A stretch of 64,000 nt of DNA, taken from the IMG/VR virus record IMGVR_UViG_3300046717_000225, positions 1 through 64,000 of that record; one strand, 5' to 3'. Shown here one piece after another: positions 52,501 through 60,845 of this stretch. The translations under genes and the position numbers were made by a program. The first letter of the stretch is position 1; each line of letters opens with the position of its first letter. This DNA is from a virus. Its lineage: Duplodnaviria; Caudoviricetes. The notes under the pieces were generated by a model. It saw only the letters and a list, made by a program, of their open reading frames with translations, was not told where the DNA came from and made no database searches.

Positions 52501-52847
52501 TGGCGGACGTCTCCGTCGGCAACGACGCGCACGGCATCTGGGTCGCCGGATCGGTCCGTCCGGGTACGGACCCGGCCCGTATCCACGAGCTGCGCGCGAG
52601 CGGACAGGTCTCGGGCGACTGGCGCAGCATCGGGGGCAAGCTCCGCCTCGTCGGCCTGCTCGCCGTCAACGTGCCGGGCTTCCCCGTGCCGAAGCTGCGC
52701 ACCAAGTACACCTCCGGCCGTCAGTGGGCCCTGGTCGCGGCGGGCATGCCCGATCTCCGTGAGAGCATGACGGAGGACGACCTGGATCAGTGGGCGTACC
52801 GCAGGGTCCTCGTCAAGCTGGCCGAGCGAGTGCACCGGAAGAGGTGA
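49533..52847 (+). CDS. 2H-phosphoesterase + MuF-like head morphogenesis + capsid maturation protease fusion
   Basis: LHCTLLYLG and AHVCAAY (2H motifs); SEMLDKNTCGPC...CRG (MuF); EGIETGDGR, HGG, GVSVD, IPAFAEA (protease-like). Confidence 0.8.
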   Translation: MPETFHRRGNHVQKAHGRRTALAAQDSHLSGGMIALMPTAQDARRLALPGGEAPEELHCTLLYLGEDGSVFSSDDRDRMESAVQAYTQGLGPVQSKIFGVAHWNGDGEKPSWVWSVGDGPDAEGLGLAKAHAMAYAAAEDVAGDLIPEQHSPWVAHVCAAYTDDLTLVRRLEKGLGPVTFDRIRLSFGDDDRDIPLKGEALTASALRRDLLPHEDGTDFAEHNAQWENAVASADGRLLQVFSSWRAGIRDQIKAGIDTPDELTGLTADPDAAAEILSEAMVDLAHRAGQSLVRQAERQGVTVPDWSLPDDTVTAAVGGRKLLRSVAQMTADLLSTSVVQTAKRTVTGLFARDASPETIASEVDRALADAQDGLLKGPVGTAMSTAQTAGREAVLRAAPPGEYYASEMLDKNTCGPCRSVDGEQFGSLEIAIKAYPVMGYKDCVGPRYGHSCRGLIVARWAPDEAQTASAATMRAEDQPEEEPVTTEALRKGKPSKGTKKDKRLDENQYADEGHFQGDAETLSWNGSAARFTDPEYRKACAGCDSGGTAKASCFLPHHEPGGALNKDGVHAAAQRVDSLSGHSPEAVARAKAHLRGHYKTLGEKPPDSIAATDAEIETFGVEDGYETVEFESTCPPGTHRVKGGDCEASQKKNPGQLEEDDMETLAKGDCPPGMEMDKTTGKCAEMQQMAVQVSDTTAPWRGPLTVEGIETGDGRQFDTGSLTWADLPLPLRWNIEDSHGGEARTKAVNVGRIDKIWREDSGLIMGEGVLDLGDDNGQAAQKKIEGKFLRGVSVDVDSVKDADMELIWPDHDPDGGEEADPFAQLFAAPEKVVFHKGRIRAATLVDIPAFAEAYIALLDGEGAVTAGGEPIGALRASQAPRTHLALAPPVQPPADWFRNPDLSVPTGITVSADGRVYGHAALWGTCHIGQAGVCVTPPQEDDHPYFMTGSVLLDDGEQASVGQITLGTGHAPLDYGHRQASDHYDNTGSAVADVSVGNDAHGIWVAGSVRPGTDPARIHELRASGQVSGDWRSIGGKLRLVGLLAVNVPGFPVPKLRTKYTSGRQWALVAAGMPDLRESMTEDDLDQWAYRRVLVKLAERVHRKR

Positions 52848-52852
52848 TCAGC

Positions 52853-52927
52853 ATGTGCGGGTGTAACCAACCTCCGCCCCCTCCGCCCCCGGCTCCGCCG
52901 GGCCCCGGAGGAGAGAACGGTTCCTGA
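52853..52927 (+). CDS. 24-aa MCGCN/poly-Pro peptide
   Basis: MCGCNQPPPPPPPAPPGPGGENGS behind GAGG RBS. Confidence 0.5.
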   Translation: MCGCNQPPPPPPPAPPGPGGENGS

Positions 52928-52965
52928 CCAGGGGATATAGATGGACCGGTTAAAGGATTTCGATC

Positions 52966-52996
52966 TTTTGGCCGGTCCTCTTTTGTCTGCTACGGT
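52966..52996 (+). promoter_or_regulatory. putative late promoter upstream of the capsid gene
   Basis: TTGGCC-N17-TACGGT in an AT-rich intergenic gap. Confidence 0.45.
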
Positions 52997-53037
52997 CCGC
53001 TCGACATGATCGCTCGGCTGGACCCACGGAGGTTACA

Positions 53038-54837
53038 GTGCCGGAGCCTGAGCTTTTCGCAGCACCAGCCGACCTCACCCTGGAGCAGGTCGAGCGCCTT
53101 CAGACCCTGGAGACGGAGGCGGTCGCCGAGTTCGACCGCGTCATGGGCCTGGAGCAGCACACCCCCGCAGACCTCACCTACACCGAGAACCTCGCCGGCG
53201 ACCTGGACCGCATCCGGGCCGAACTGCGGGTCCGGGCGACCCGTGAGGCCGAAGCGGCCACCCTCGCGCAGCAGGAGCAGCAGCGTCAGCTCGCAGCCAC
53301 CCGTGCCCGGGTCCACGGCCCCGAGGGCGGCAGCGGCACGGCAGCGGCGGCGGCCGACGTGCACACGGACCTCTCGGTCGAGTCCATCGCCCAGGCCACG
53401 GCCCAGGGTGTAGCCCTCGCCCTGTTCGGCGACGACAAGAACAAGCTGGCCCAGGCGCAGCAGCGTTTCGCGTCCCTCTCCGCCACGCAGCGCGTAGCCC
53501 CCACGCCCAAGGTCCCCGAGCGCACGCCGAACGCGGTCACCGCGTCCATCGACATCCCCGGCATCGCGCACGGCACCGACCTGCCCGACCTGCGCGCGCT
53601 GGGCGAGGCCTTCCAGCGCAAGGTGAAGGCCATCCCCACCACCCGGGACGGCAACGGTGCTCCGCGTCACCTCGTGGCGAGCGTGCGCAACACCTTCGAC
53701 CACACGGTGGACGAGCGCACCAACCCCGCCATCGTCGAAGAGCTCTGGCGCTCCATGCAGCAGGGCGGCGGAAGTGCGGAGGCCCTGGTGGCGGCGGGCG
53801 GATGGTGTGCCCCGTCACAGCTGATGTACGACTTCTTCAACATCGCCTCCGCCGCACCCCAGGCGATCGACCTCCCGACCGTGGGCATCAGCCGGGGTGG
53901 TATCCGCTTCCCGGTCAGTCCCGCCATCGGTGACGTGTTCTTCCAGGCGGGCGGCTCCAACCCGGCGTCCGGCTTCGGTGGCTTCGCCTTCAGCATGGCC
54001 AACACGACAGACCCGTGGCTGTGGTCCGAGACGGACGACCAGCTCACCGTCACCGGCTCGGTCAACAAGCCGATCCTCCGGGTGCCCTGCCCGACCTTCA
54101 GCGAGAACCGCCTGGAGTGCTACGGCATCTCTCTCACCGCAGGCAACCTGACGGACGACGCCTACCCCGAGAGCACGCAGAACTTCATCCGGCTGCTCCG
54201 GGCCGCCTACGCCCACGCCATCAACGCCCGGCTCATCGGCCTGATGGTCACCGCGTCCGGCGGCGCGAACACCGTAACGGGCCCCGTGGGTGATGCGGCC
54301 GTACCGCAGATCATCAACTCGGTCGGCCTGGCCGCCACGGACTACCGCACCCGGTACGCCATGGGTGAGGACGACACGCTCGAAGTCGTCTTCCCCGACT
54401 GGGTCCAGGAGGTCATGCGGTCCGACCTCGGGTACAAGCCCGGCATCAACGACCTCGGCCTGTACAACGTGGCCGACGCGACGATCGCGGCCCTGTTCTC
54501 CTCTCGCAACGTCCGGGCGCAGTTCGTCTCGGACTGGCAGGTGCGCGGTACCCCGGGCGTGAGTGCGTTCGGTACCTCCACCGTGATGACCACCTGGCCC
54601 ACGGCGGTCAACTTTATGCTCTACGCGGCGGGCACGTTCCTCCACGGCACGGGCCTCCAGCTGGACCTCGGAGTGATCCGCGACTCGGTCATGAACGCGG
54701 AGAATGACTTCACTGCGCTGTGGGCCGAGGAATGCCACCTCATCGCGCAGGTCGGTCACGCCTCCCGCCTCTACACGGTCAACTTCAACGTCGGCGGCAA
54801 TGTCGCCATCGGGAAGGTCGACACGGCCAAGGTCTAG
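53038..54837 (+). CDS. major capsid protein with N-terminal scaffold/coiled coil
   Basis: 599 aa; LVAAGGWCAPS, RGGIRF, acidic helical N-terminus; follows the protease gene. Confidence 0.85.
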   Translation: MPEPELFAAPADLTLEQVERLQTLETEAVAEFDRVMGLEQHTPADLTYTENLAGDLDRIRAELRVRATREAEAATLAQQEQQRQLAATRARVHGPEGGSGTAAAAADVHTDLSVESIAQATAQGVALALFGDDKNKLAQAQQRFASLSATQRVAPTPKVPERTPNAVTASIDIPGIAHGTDLPDLRALGEAFQRKVKAIPTTRDGNGAPRHLVASVRNTFDHTVDERTNPAIVEELWRSMQQGGGSAEALVAAGGWCAPSQLMYDFFNIASAAPQAIDLPTVGISRGGIRFPVSPAIGDVFFQAGGSNPASGFGGFAFSMANTTDPWLWSETDDQLTVTGSVNKPILRVPCPTFSENRLECYGISLTAGNLTDDAYPESTQNFIRLLRAAYAHAINARLIGLMVTASGGANTVTGPVGDAAVPQIINSVGLAATDYRTRYAMGEDDTLEVVFPDWVQEVMRSDLGYKPGINDLGLYNVADATIAALFSSRNVRAQFVSDWQVRGTPGVSAFGTSTVMTTWPTAVNFMLYAAGTFLHGTGLQLDLGVIRDSVMNAENDFTALWAEECHLIAQVGHASRLYTVNFNVGGNVAIGKVDTAKV

Positions 54838-54882
54838 TCCTCCTCCCCGCCGCATCCCACAGGACCGAAAGGAGGGTGAGCC

Positions 54883-55803
54883 GTGGCAGGCTTCAGGCAG
54901 ATCATCTCGGGGCCCGGGTTCACCCCGCTCCCGAACTTCCTGTGGGACGCGGCACAGCACCCGTCCGAGACGGAGACCGGGCCGCACTGGCAGCAGGGCG
55001 TCACCTGGATCGAGCGCTGCGGCGGCGGCGGCACCCTGTACGACGAGTGCCTCGCCGTCACCGGCACGGGCGGCACCCCCGCCGCACAGGGCAGCCTGGC
55101 CAGCAACGTGAGTCAGACCAACCGGGGCGCGACGGCCTTCACCGTGCAGGCGGAGTTCGACTGCTCCCCGGTGGGCCAGGACTACACGCAGGACAAGGCC
55201 GAAGAAGCCCTGTCCAAGATGGAGTCCTACCTGGTCACCCGGGCGTTCTGGACCGGGACGGCCGGGTACACCGGCACCCCGCCCGGCACCAGCCAGACCA
55301 CCGTCTGGCCCCATCTGGCCTCCGCCACCACCCTCGACGACCCGCAGGGCATCAGGCTCCAGACGGCAGCCAGCCCCCTGGTCACCGGAGGCGAGGACGT
55401 AGACGTCGCCCTCGGACAGATCGAGGCCAACCTGGCTGCCTGCTACGGCGGACAGGGCGTCATCCACATCCCGTACTCGGCCCTGCCGACCTTCACGAGC
55501 AGGATGCTCGTCCTCCCCGAGACGCCGAACGGTCCCCTGCGCACGCTCGCGGGGAACCTCGTGGTGCCGGGGGTGGGGTACACCGGCTCGTCCCCGGCTG
55601 GGGCGGCACCTGCCGCAGGCACGGCTTGGATCTACGCCACCGGGGCCGTGTTCGGCTTCCGGAGCGGTGTCTACGTCCGGGAGTTCCCGGGCACCTTCGA
55701 CCGTGCGGAGAACACGGTCAGAATGATCGCCTCCCGCACCTATCTGTTCGGGTTCGAGTGCTGCCACTACGGAGCCCTCGCCGTACTCGGCGTTCCCACG
55801 TAA
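54883..55803 (+). CDS. capsid-associated/decoration protein
   Basis: position after MCP; HWQQGVTW, FDCSP, GQGVIH. Confidence 0.6.
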   Translation: MAGFRQIISGPGFTPLPNFLWDAAQHPSETETGPHWQQGVTWIERCGGGGTLYDECLAVTGTGGTPAAQGSLASNVSQTNRGATAFTVQAEFDCSPVGQDYTQDKAEEALSKMESYLVTRAFWTGTAGYTGTPPGTSQTTVWPHLASATTLDDPQGIRLQTAASPLVTGGEDVDVALGQIEANLAACYGGQGVIHIPYSALPTFTSRMLVLPETPNGPLRTLAGNLVVPGVGYTGSSPAGAAPAAGTAWIYATGAVFGFRSGVYVREFPGTFDRAENTVRMIASRTYLFGFECCHYGALAVLGVPT

Positions 55804-55813
55804 GGGGTGAACA

Positions 55814-56512
55814 GTGGTTTCGACAGTCTCCCAGTGCGCTACCCCGATCAAGGGAACGCACATCAGGATCGTCCGGGTGGACGCCTGTGGTATTCCCGTG
55901 ACCGGCGCCACGTCCCTGGTCGTCGTGACCAAGGGCTTCGTGCAGGTGAACAACGAGCCCCAGTACGAGGACGGCCAGGAGTTCTTCGAGCGCACGGCGG
56001 ACGGCACCGTCTGCGTGAACCAGAAGGACGACCCAATCCTCAAGCGGTTCCTGTGCACGATCGACTTCTGCGAGGTCAACACGACCGCGTTCGCCTTCAT
56101 GGCGAGCGCGCGCGAATTGACCGCCAACGCAGCCGGCGTGACGGGCTTCGGCTTCGCCTTCGCCGAAGGGGCGCCGTCCAACCGGTACTCCCTGGAGGTC
56201 TGGCAGAAGGTGGCGGGCTCCGGCGCCTGTGACCCCACCGGGGCGCAGCGCTACATCTACAACGCGTTCCCCAACCTCGGAGCGACGAAGATCGGCGCGT
56301 ACTCGATCCAGAACGGCCGGTCCACCTTCCAGATCATCAGTGAGTCGCAGCCCGGGAGTACGACGGCCGTCACCGGCTGGCTCAACGGCCCCGGCACCGG
56401 GACCAGCTGGCTGCCCGCGAGTGAGACACTCGGCACCGGGGAGCACTGGCTCTGGAACGTCACCACTACGGCGCCTCCGTCCCCCGCCTGCAACCCGACA
56501 ACTCTCACGTAG
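55814..56512 (+). CDS. major tail (tube) protein
   Basis: RIVRVDACG, EFFERTADG..C, LEVW. Confidence 0.75.
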   Translation: MVSTVSQCATPIKGTHIRIVRVDACGIPVTGATSLVVVTKGFVQVNNEPQYEDGQEFFERTADGTVCVNQKDDPILKRFLCTIDFCEVNTTAFAFMASARELTANAAGVTGFGFAFAEGAPSNRYSLEVWQKVAGSGACDPTGAQRYIYNAFPNLGATKIGAYSIQNGRSTFQIISESQPGSTTAVTGWLNGPGTGTSWLPASETLGTGEHWLWNVTTTAPPSPACNPTTLT

Positions 56513-56518
56513 GTGGTC

Positions 56519-56833
56519 ATGGCCGTCCTTCTCCCGCCCACCGTGTGGGTCTGCGCCAACGGGTGTCCTGTCCGGGACCGGACGCCCGGCGCGGTACCCA
56601 ACCGCTTCCATTCCTGCCCGGCGCTCGGGGGCCTCACCGCGCCCCTGGTGGCGGAGGGCAGCCGGGTGAGGGTGCGCGCCGTGGAGCGGGAGGACTACGA
56701 GGGCGGCCAGCTCGTCCAGAAGGACGCGAACGGACGGCCCGTGCAGTCCGTCATCACCGACCGGCCGGACGGATCGAACGACATCGTCGTCCTGGCACCG
56801 ACTGCGGTCTGGTCCGCTGAAGGGATGATGTGA
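56519..56833 (+). CDS. hypothetical virion-region protein
   Basis: RBS AGGTGG. Confidence 0.65.
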   Translation: MAVLLPPTVWVCANGCPVRDRTPGAVPNRFHSCPALGGLTAPLVAEGSRVRVRAVEREDYEGGQLVQKDANGRPVQSVITDRPDGSNDIVVLAPTAVWSAEGMM

Positions 56834-56834
56834 C

Positions 56835-57329
56835 ATGGCCTGGGCCGACAGCAGGGTCTTCCAGGAGTGGGTCAAGAACCCGCTCTTCAATGGATCGGGC
56901 GGTACGCCCCCCACGGGCTACACCGGCTACCTGACCGACACGATGAACTGCGCCCTGTTCGTGTTCACCGGCCTCACCCCGGACCGGAATGCAATTCTGT
57001 CCGCCACCGGCTACAACACGGGCGTCTGGACCACGGGCAACGAAAAGACCGGTTCATCCGAATGGGTCGCGGGCGGCCGAGCACTCGCAATCAAGACCAA
57101 CGTGGCAAGTGCGGGCACGATCACTCTCGATGCCCAGGACCTTACGGGCGTGGCCTCCATCACCATGGCGGACGTCGGCGGCTGCATGATCTACGACAAC
57201 ACGATCACAGCGGGCACCGTGGCCAAACAGGGCATGTGCTACTTGTACTTCGGCGGAACCCAGTCGGTCACGGCGGGCACCTTCACGGTCAGCTTCTCCG
57301 CCTCTGGCATAGTCACAGCGACGGTCTAG
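56835..57329 (+). CDS. virion structural protein
   Basis: YNTGVW, AGGRAL, TAGTFTVSFSASGI, beta-rich. Confidence 0.7.
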   Translation: MAWADSRVFQEWVKNPLFNGSGGTPPTGYTGYLTDTMNCALFVFTGLTPDRNAILSATGYNTGVWTTGNEKTGSSEWVAGGRALAIKTNVASAGTITLDAQDLTGVASITMADVGGCMIYDNTITAGTVAKQGMCYLYFGGTQSVTAGTFTVSFSASGIVTATV

Positions 57330-57341
57330 GAGGCCTGAGTC

Positions 57342-57875
57342 ATGGCACGCACTCTCTATGTGGCGCCGGTTCCGCCGCTGAACGTCACGGCTGGCACGGC
57401 CTACAACACCTCGGTCACGCTGACCGATGTCTCCCCGGCGCCTCAGATCGTGCTGCCCGCGAACCTGCTCGATGTAGGTCAAGTGCTCCGGTTGATGGCC
57501 TTCGGTGTGTTCTCCACCACTGGCGCCCCGACGCTTCTGGAAGGCTTCTACTACGGCGGCGTGGCAGGTACGGCCCTAGCCGCGACCGGTGCGACTGCCA
57601 CTGCCTCAGGCGTGACCAACGTCCCGTGGCGGATCGAGTGGGAGGGCCGGGTGCGGTCCACTGGCACAGCGGGCACGATTATGGGCCACGGTTTCGAACT
57701 CCGAGGCACGACGGTGGCAGCGGTCGGGGTGGTCCCGATTCCGATCACGGCACTCGCGGCGGTCACCATCGACACCACCACGGCCAAGCAGCTCACCGTC
57801 GGTGCCCAGTGGGGTACCAGCTCCGCCTCGAACACCCTGACCTGCCACCACTTCAGCGTCGAACTGATCGGCTGA
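57342..57875 (+). CDS. beta-rich virion protein
   Basis: RBS AGGAGG; Thr/Ala/Gly-rich. Confidence 0.7.
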   Translation: MARTLYVAPVPPLNVTAGTAYNTSVTLTDVSPAPQIVLPANLLDVGQVLRLMAFGVFSTTGAPTLLEGFYYGGVAGTALAATGATATASGVTNVPWRIEWEGRVRSTGTAGTIMGHGFELRGTTVAAVGVVPIPITALAAVTIDTTTAKQLTVGAQWGTSSASNTLTCHHFSVELIG

Positions 57876-57903
57876 TTCCGACCGACTCTGAGGGGGTGAC
57901 CCC

Positions 57904-60123
57904 GTGGCGCTGATCCCGGGCAACCTCCTCAGCGAGAACAACCAGTCCGTTGAAACGTCCATCGGCGGCTGGGCCTCGTTCACCTCCGTCTCCTCGGGCA
58001 TCGTCCAGTCCACGACGCAGGCCTTTGACGGCACCCACTCCGCAGCCAGCACCGCCAACGCAGGTACGGCGGGCGCGCTCGGCGGTCTGGTGACCACGGT
58101 CGACCTCCCCGTGGTCCGGCCGGGTTCCGCGTACGAGTACAGCTACTTCGTGTTCAGCCCGAAGAAAGCGATCTTCAACGCGAACCTGGACTGGTACCAG
58201 GCCAACAACACGACCTTTGTCAGTTCGACGAACAGTCCGGGCCAGGAAGTGCCGGTCAACACCTGGACAAAGATTACGGGTGGAGGCATTGTCCCGGCTC
58301 TGTCCGGGCTCGCGCGCTGCTACCTCCAGGTGACGAGCGGCCTGGCGGCTGCGGACGTCGTCTTCTTCGATCAGATGTTCTTCGGCTGGCCATTGGCGGC
58401 CGATCTCGTCCCCCTGTTCCGGCCGGAGGGTCTGCCCTGGTCCAGGTTCCGTCCGTGGGAGGGTGCGCCGGACGGCATCCACAACGTGATCGTGAACGCG
58501 GGCACGGCCTCGGTCACCTTCCGGACCCCGTCCACCCGGCTGCGCCTGCTGCTCGCGCTGACCAGCGAGTCCGGCCAGGGCGCCACCGTCACCACGTTCA
58601 ACGACGCCGCGCCTCTGGGTGTTCTGCTCACCCCGGACGACCCCCTCGGCGGGATGCAGCCCTGGACCGGTGCACCGGACAGCACCTCTCCGGCGGCCAC
58701 GGTCGCTACGGCGGGAGCGGCCTCGGTCACGTTCATTGGCTTGACGGCTGCGGCTGCTCTCGGAGCCCTTCCCGGGACGGGCTCGGTCAGCCTGTCCGGG
58801 CAGCAGGCCACGGCCGGGCTGACGGGACAGCCGGGGAACGCGTCCGTCGCCCTGAGCGCTCAGGGGCCGACGGCCGGGCGCGACGCTCTTCCCGGGACCG
58901 CAGCGCTCACGCTCACCGGGCTGAACGCCACGACCGCCCTGAGCGCGCTGCCCGGTACGGCCTTGGTCACGACGAGCGTGCCGCAGGAGACCACGGCCCT
59001 GGGGACCTTCCCGGGCAACGCCCCGGTCAGCCTCACCGCCCTGAACGCGGGCACGACCAGCACCGAGGGGACCTACGACCCCTCCCCCGTGCTCTTCCTG
59101 CCGGACGATCCGCTCGGGGGCGTACAGCCCTGGGCCGGCGCCCCGGACAGCACCACCCCGGGTGCGACCACGGCCACGGCCGGGACCGCTTCCGTCAGCC
59201 TGGTCGCTCTCGCGCCGGCCGCCGGACTTGGCGCCCTGCCGGGTACGGGCTCGGTCACGCTCACAGGGCAGAGCCCGTCCGCCTCCCTCGGCGCGCTCCC
59301 GGGCACGGGCGCCCTCACCCTGACGGCACAGACCCCCTCCGTTGCGCTGTCCGCGCTTCCGGGAACGGGCTCGGTCTCCCTGACCGCCCAGGCCCCGTCC
59401 GCCGGCCTGAGCGCCCTGCCCGGCACGGCCTCGGTCACGACGAGCGTGCAGCAGGACGTGCCCGGACTCGGCGCCCTGCCGGGTACGGCTCCGGTCACCT
59501 TCACCGGGCAGAGCGCCACGACCTCCACCCAGGAGGACCCGCAGGCGCTGCCCGTCCTGCTGCTCACCCCGGACGACGTGCTCGGCGGGATGCTGCCCTG
59601 GACGGGCGCACCGCAGGGAATCGTCACCGGGGACATGACCGTGAACGCGGGCGCGGCGGCCGTCTCGGTCACCGCACAGGGGCCGTCCACCGCCCTGGTC
59701 ATCAGCACGGGCACGGCGGCCTTCACCCTGACGGCGCAGAACCCCTCAGCCGCCTTCTCCGGGACTGCGACACCGGGCACGGCCACGGTTACCCTGACGG
59801 CCGCCGGGACGTCCCTTGCCCTCACCGCGCTGCCGGGAACGGCCGCTTCCGCCCTGTCCGCCCGGAGCCCGGCTGCCGGTCTCGACGCCCTGCCCGGACC
59901 GGCCGTTCTGACCCTGACCGCGTACGAGCCCACGGTCACCGTCCCGCAGGCGGCCCACGGCCGGACCGTCTCCGGCCGGGAACCCGCGAGCACGGCCAGG
60001 GGCAAGGAGCCCGACGCCCTGCTGTCCGGCCGGGAGCCCTCAGCGAGGCTGAAGGGCAAGGAGCCGGTATCTTCACGATCAGGGAATGAGCCGGACGACA
60101 CGATCAAGGGGAGGGAAGGATGA
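57904..60123 (+). CDS. repetitive fibre/appendage protein with N-terminal carbohydrate-binding-like domain
   Basis: CBM4-like N-terminus; many ALPGTxSVTLTAQ units; PDDPLGGxQPWxGAPD motif x3-4. Confidence 0.7.
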   Translation: MALIPGNLLSENNQSVETSIGGWASFTSVSSGIVQSTTQAFDGTHSAASTANAGTAGALGGLVTTVDLPVVRPGSAYEYSYFVFSPKKAIFNANLDWYQANNTTFVSSTNSPGQEVPVNTWTKITGGGIVPALSGLARCYLQVTSGLAAADVVFFDQMFFGWPLAADLVPLFRPEGLPWSRFRPWEGAPDGIHNVIVNAGTASVTFRTPSTRLRLLLALTSESGQGATVTTFNDAAPLGVLLTPDDPLGGMQPWTGAPDSTSPAATVATAGAASVTFIGLTAAAALGALPGTGSVSLSGQQATAGLTGQPGNASVALSAQGPTAGRDALPGTAALTLTGLNATTALSALPGTALVTTSVPQETTALGTFPGNAPVSLTALNAGTTSTEGTYDPSPVLFLPDDPLGGVQPWAGAPDSTTPGATTATAGTASVSLVALAPAAGLGALPGTGSVTLTGQSPSASLGALPGTGALTLTAQTPSVALSALPGTGSVSLTAQAPSAGLSALPGTASVTTSVQQDVPGLGALPGTAPVTFTGQSATTSTQEDPQALPVLLLTPDDVLGGMLPWTGAPQGIVTGDMTVNAGAAAVSVTAQGPSTALVISTGTAAFTLTAQNPSAAFSGTATPGTATVTLTAAGTSLALTALPGTAASALSARSPAAGLDALPGPAVLTLTAYEPTVTVPQAAHGRTVSGREPASTARGKEPDALLSGREPSARLKGKEPVSSRSGNEPDDTIKGREG

Positions 60124-60449
60124 GTCTTCAGATCGGGCCTTACACCCAGGGTGAGAAGCCCGCTCCGCTGACCTATCAGTTCCTGGACAACGACGGGAAC
60201 CTGATCAACCTTCTCGGCTACTCGGCCAAGTTCAGCTACCAGGAGCACGACGGCACAGCCACCGTCGCCAACGCCACCGTGAGCGACGCAGCGAACGGGA
60301 AGGTGACGTACACCTTCACCGGGGCAGAGTTCGCGACCGCCGGGCACTACCGGGCGCAGTTCTGGTCGGGGAACGGCGTGAACCGTCTTGCTTCGGTGGA
60401 TCTTCTCTTCGACGTCGCCGTGTCCGTCGGCGCGGCCCCGAGCATCTAG
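60120..60449 (+). CDS. BppU-like/Ig-like virion protein
   Basis: LTYQFLD..G..INL.GY...GKVTYTF...AGHY.AQF. Confidence 0.6.
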   Translation: MSLQIGPYTQGEKPAPLTYQFLDNDGNLINLLGYSAKFSYQEHDGTATVANATVSDAANGKVTYTFTGAEFATAGHYRAQFWSGNGVNRLASVDLLFDVAVSVGAAPSI

Positions 60450-60458
60450 GAGACGGCC

Positions 60459-60845
60459 ATGGCACACGGACAGGTACCCGTCACCCCGGGCTCCGGGCTG
60501 TCCATCGACGCCCACCAGGTAGGCGACGGCGGCTGGCAGCAGATTGTCCGTACGGTGCGCGCGGACACCCGCATTCCGGTCACCTGGACTCCGGTCACCA
60601 CGGCAGCGGCCCTGATCGCAGCGGACGAAGCCCGGGTCGGCCTGCTGATCTACAACGCCTCGTCCGTCCGGGTCTACCTCCAGTTCACCAATGCAGCGAC
60701 CGTGACGACCGCGAACGCGGACTGGTACCTCGACTCGGGGGACCGCTGGGATGTCCCGGAGGAGTGGGTGCCGATGGCCGTCTCCGCCGTGGGCGCCTCC
60801 GCTGGTACGGGCACCGTCAACTTCACCCTCGGAACGGAGACCTGA
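60459..60845 (+). CDS. virion protein
   Basis: RVGLLIYNAS..VYL. Confidence 0.65.
   Translation: MAHGQVPVTPGSGLSIDAHQVGDGGWQQIVRTVRADTRIPVTWTPVTTAAALIAADEARVGLLIYNASSVRVYLQFTNAATVTTANADWYLDSGDRWDVPEEWVPMAVSAVGASAGTGTVNFTLGTET

Noticed and set aside
58600-59900. Diversity-generating retroelement or mobile repeat
   Set aside because: Repeats are degenerate at the DNA level and conserved at the protein level; no reverse transcriptase and no adenine-specific variation.
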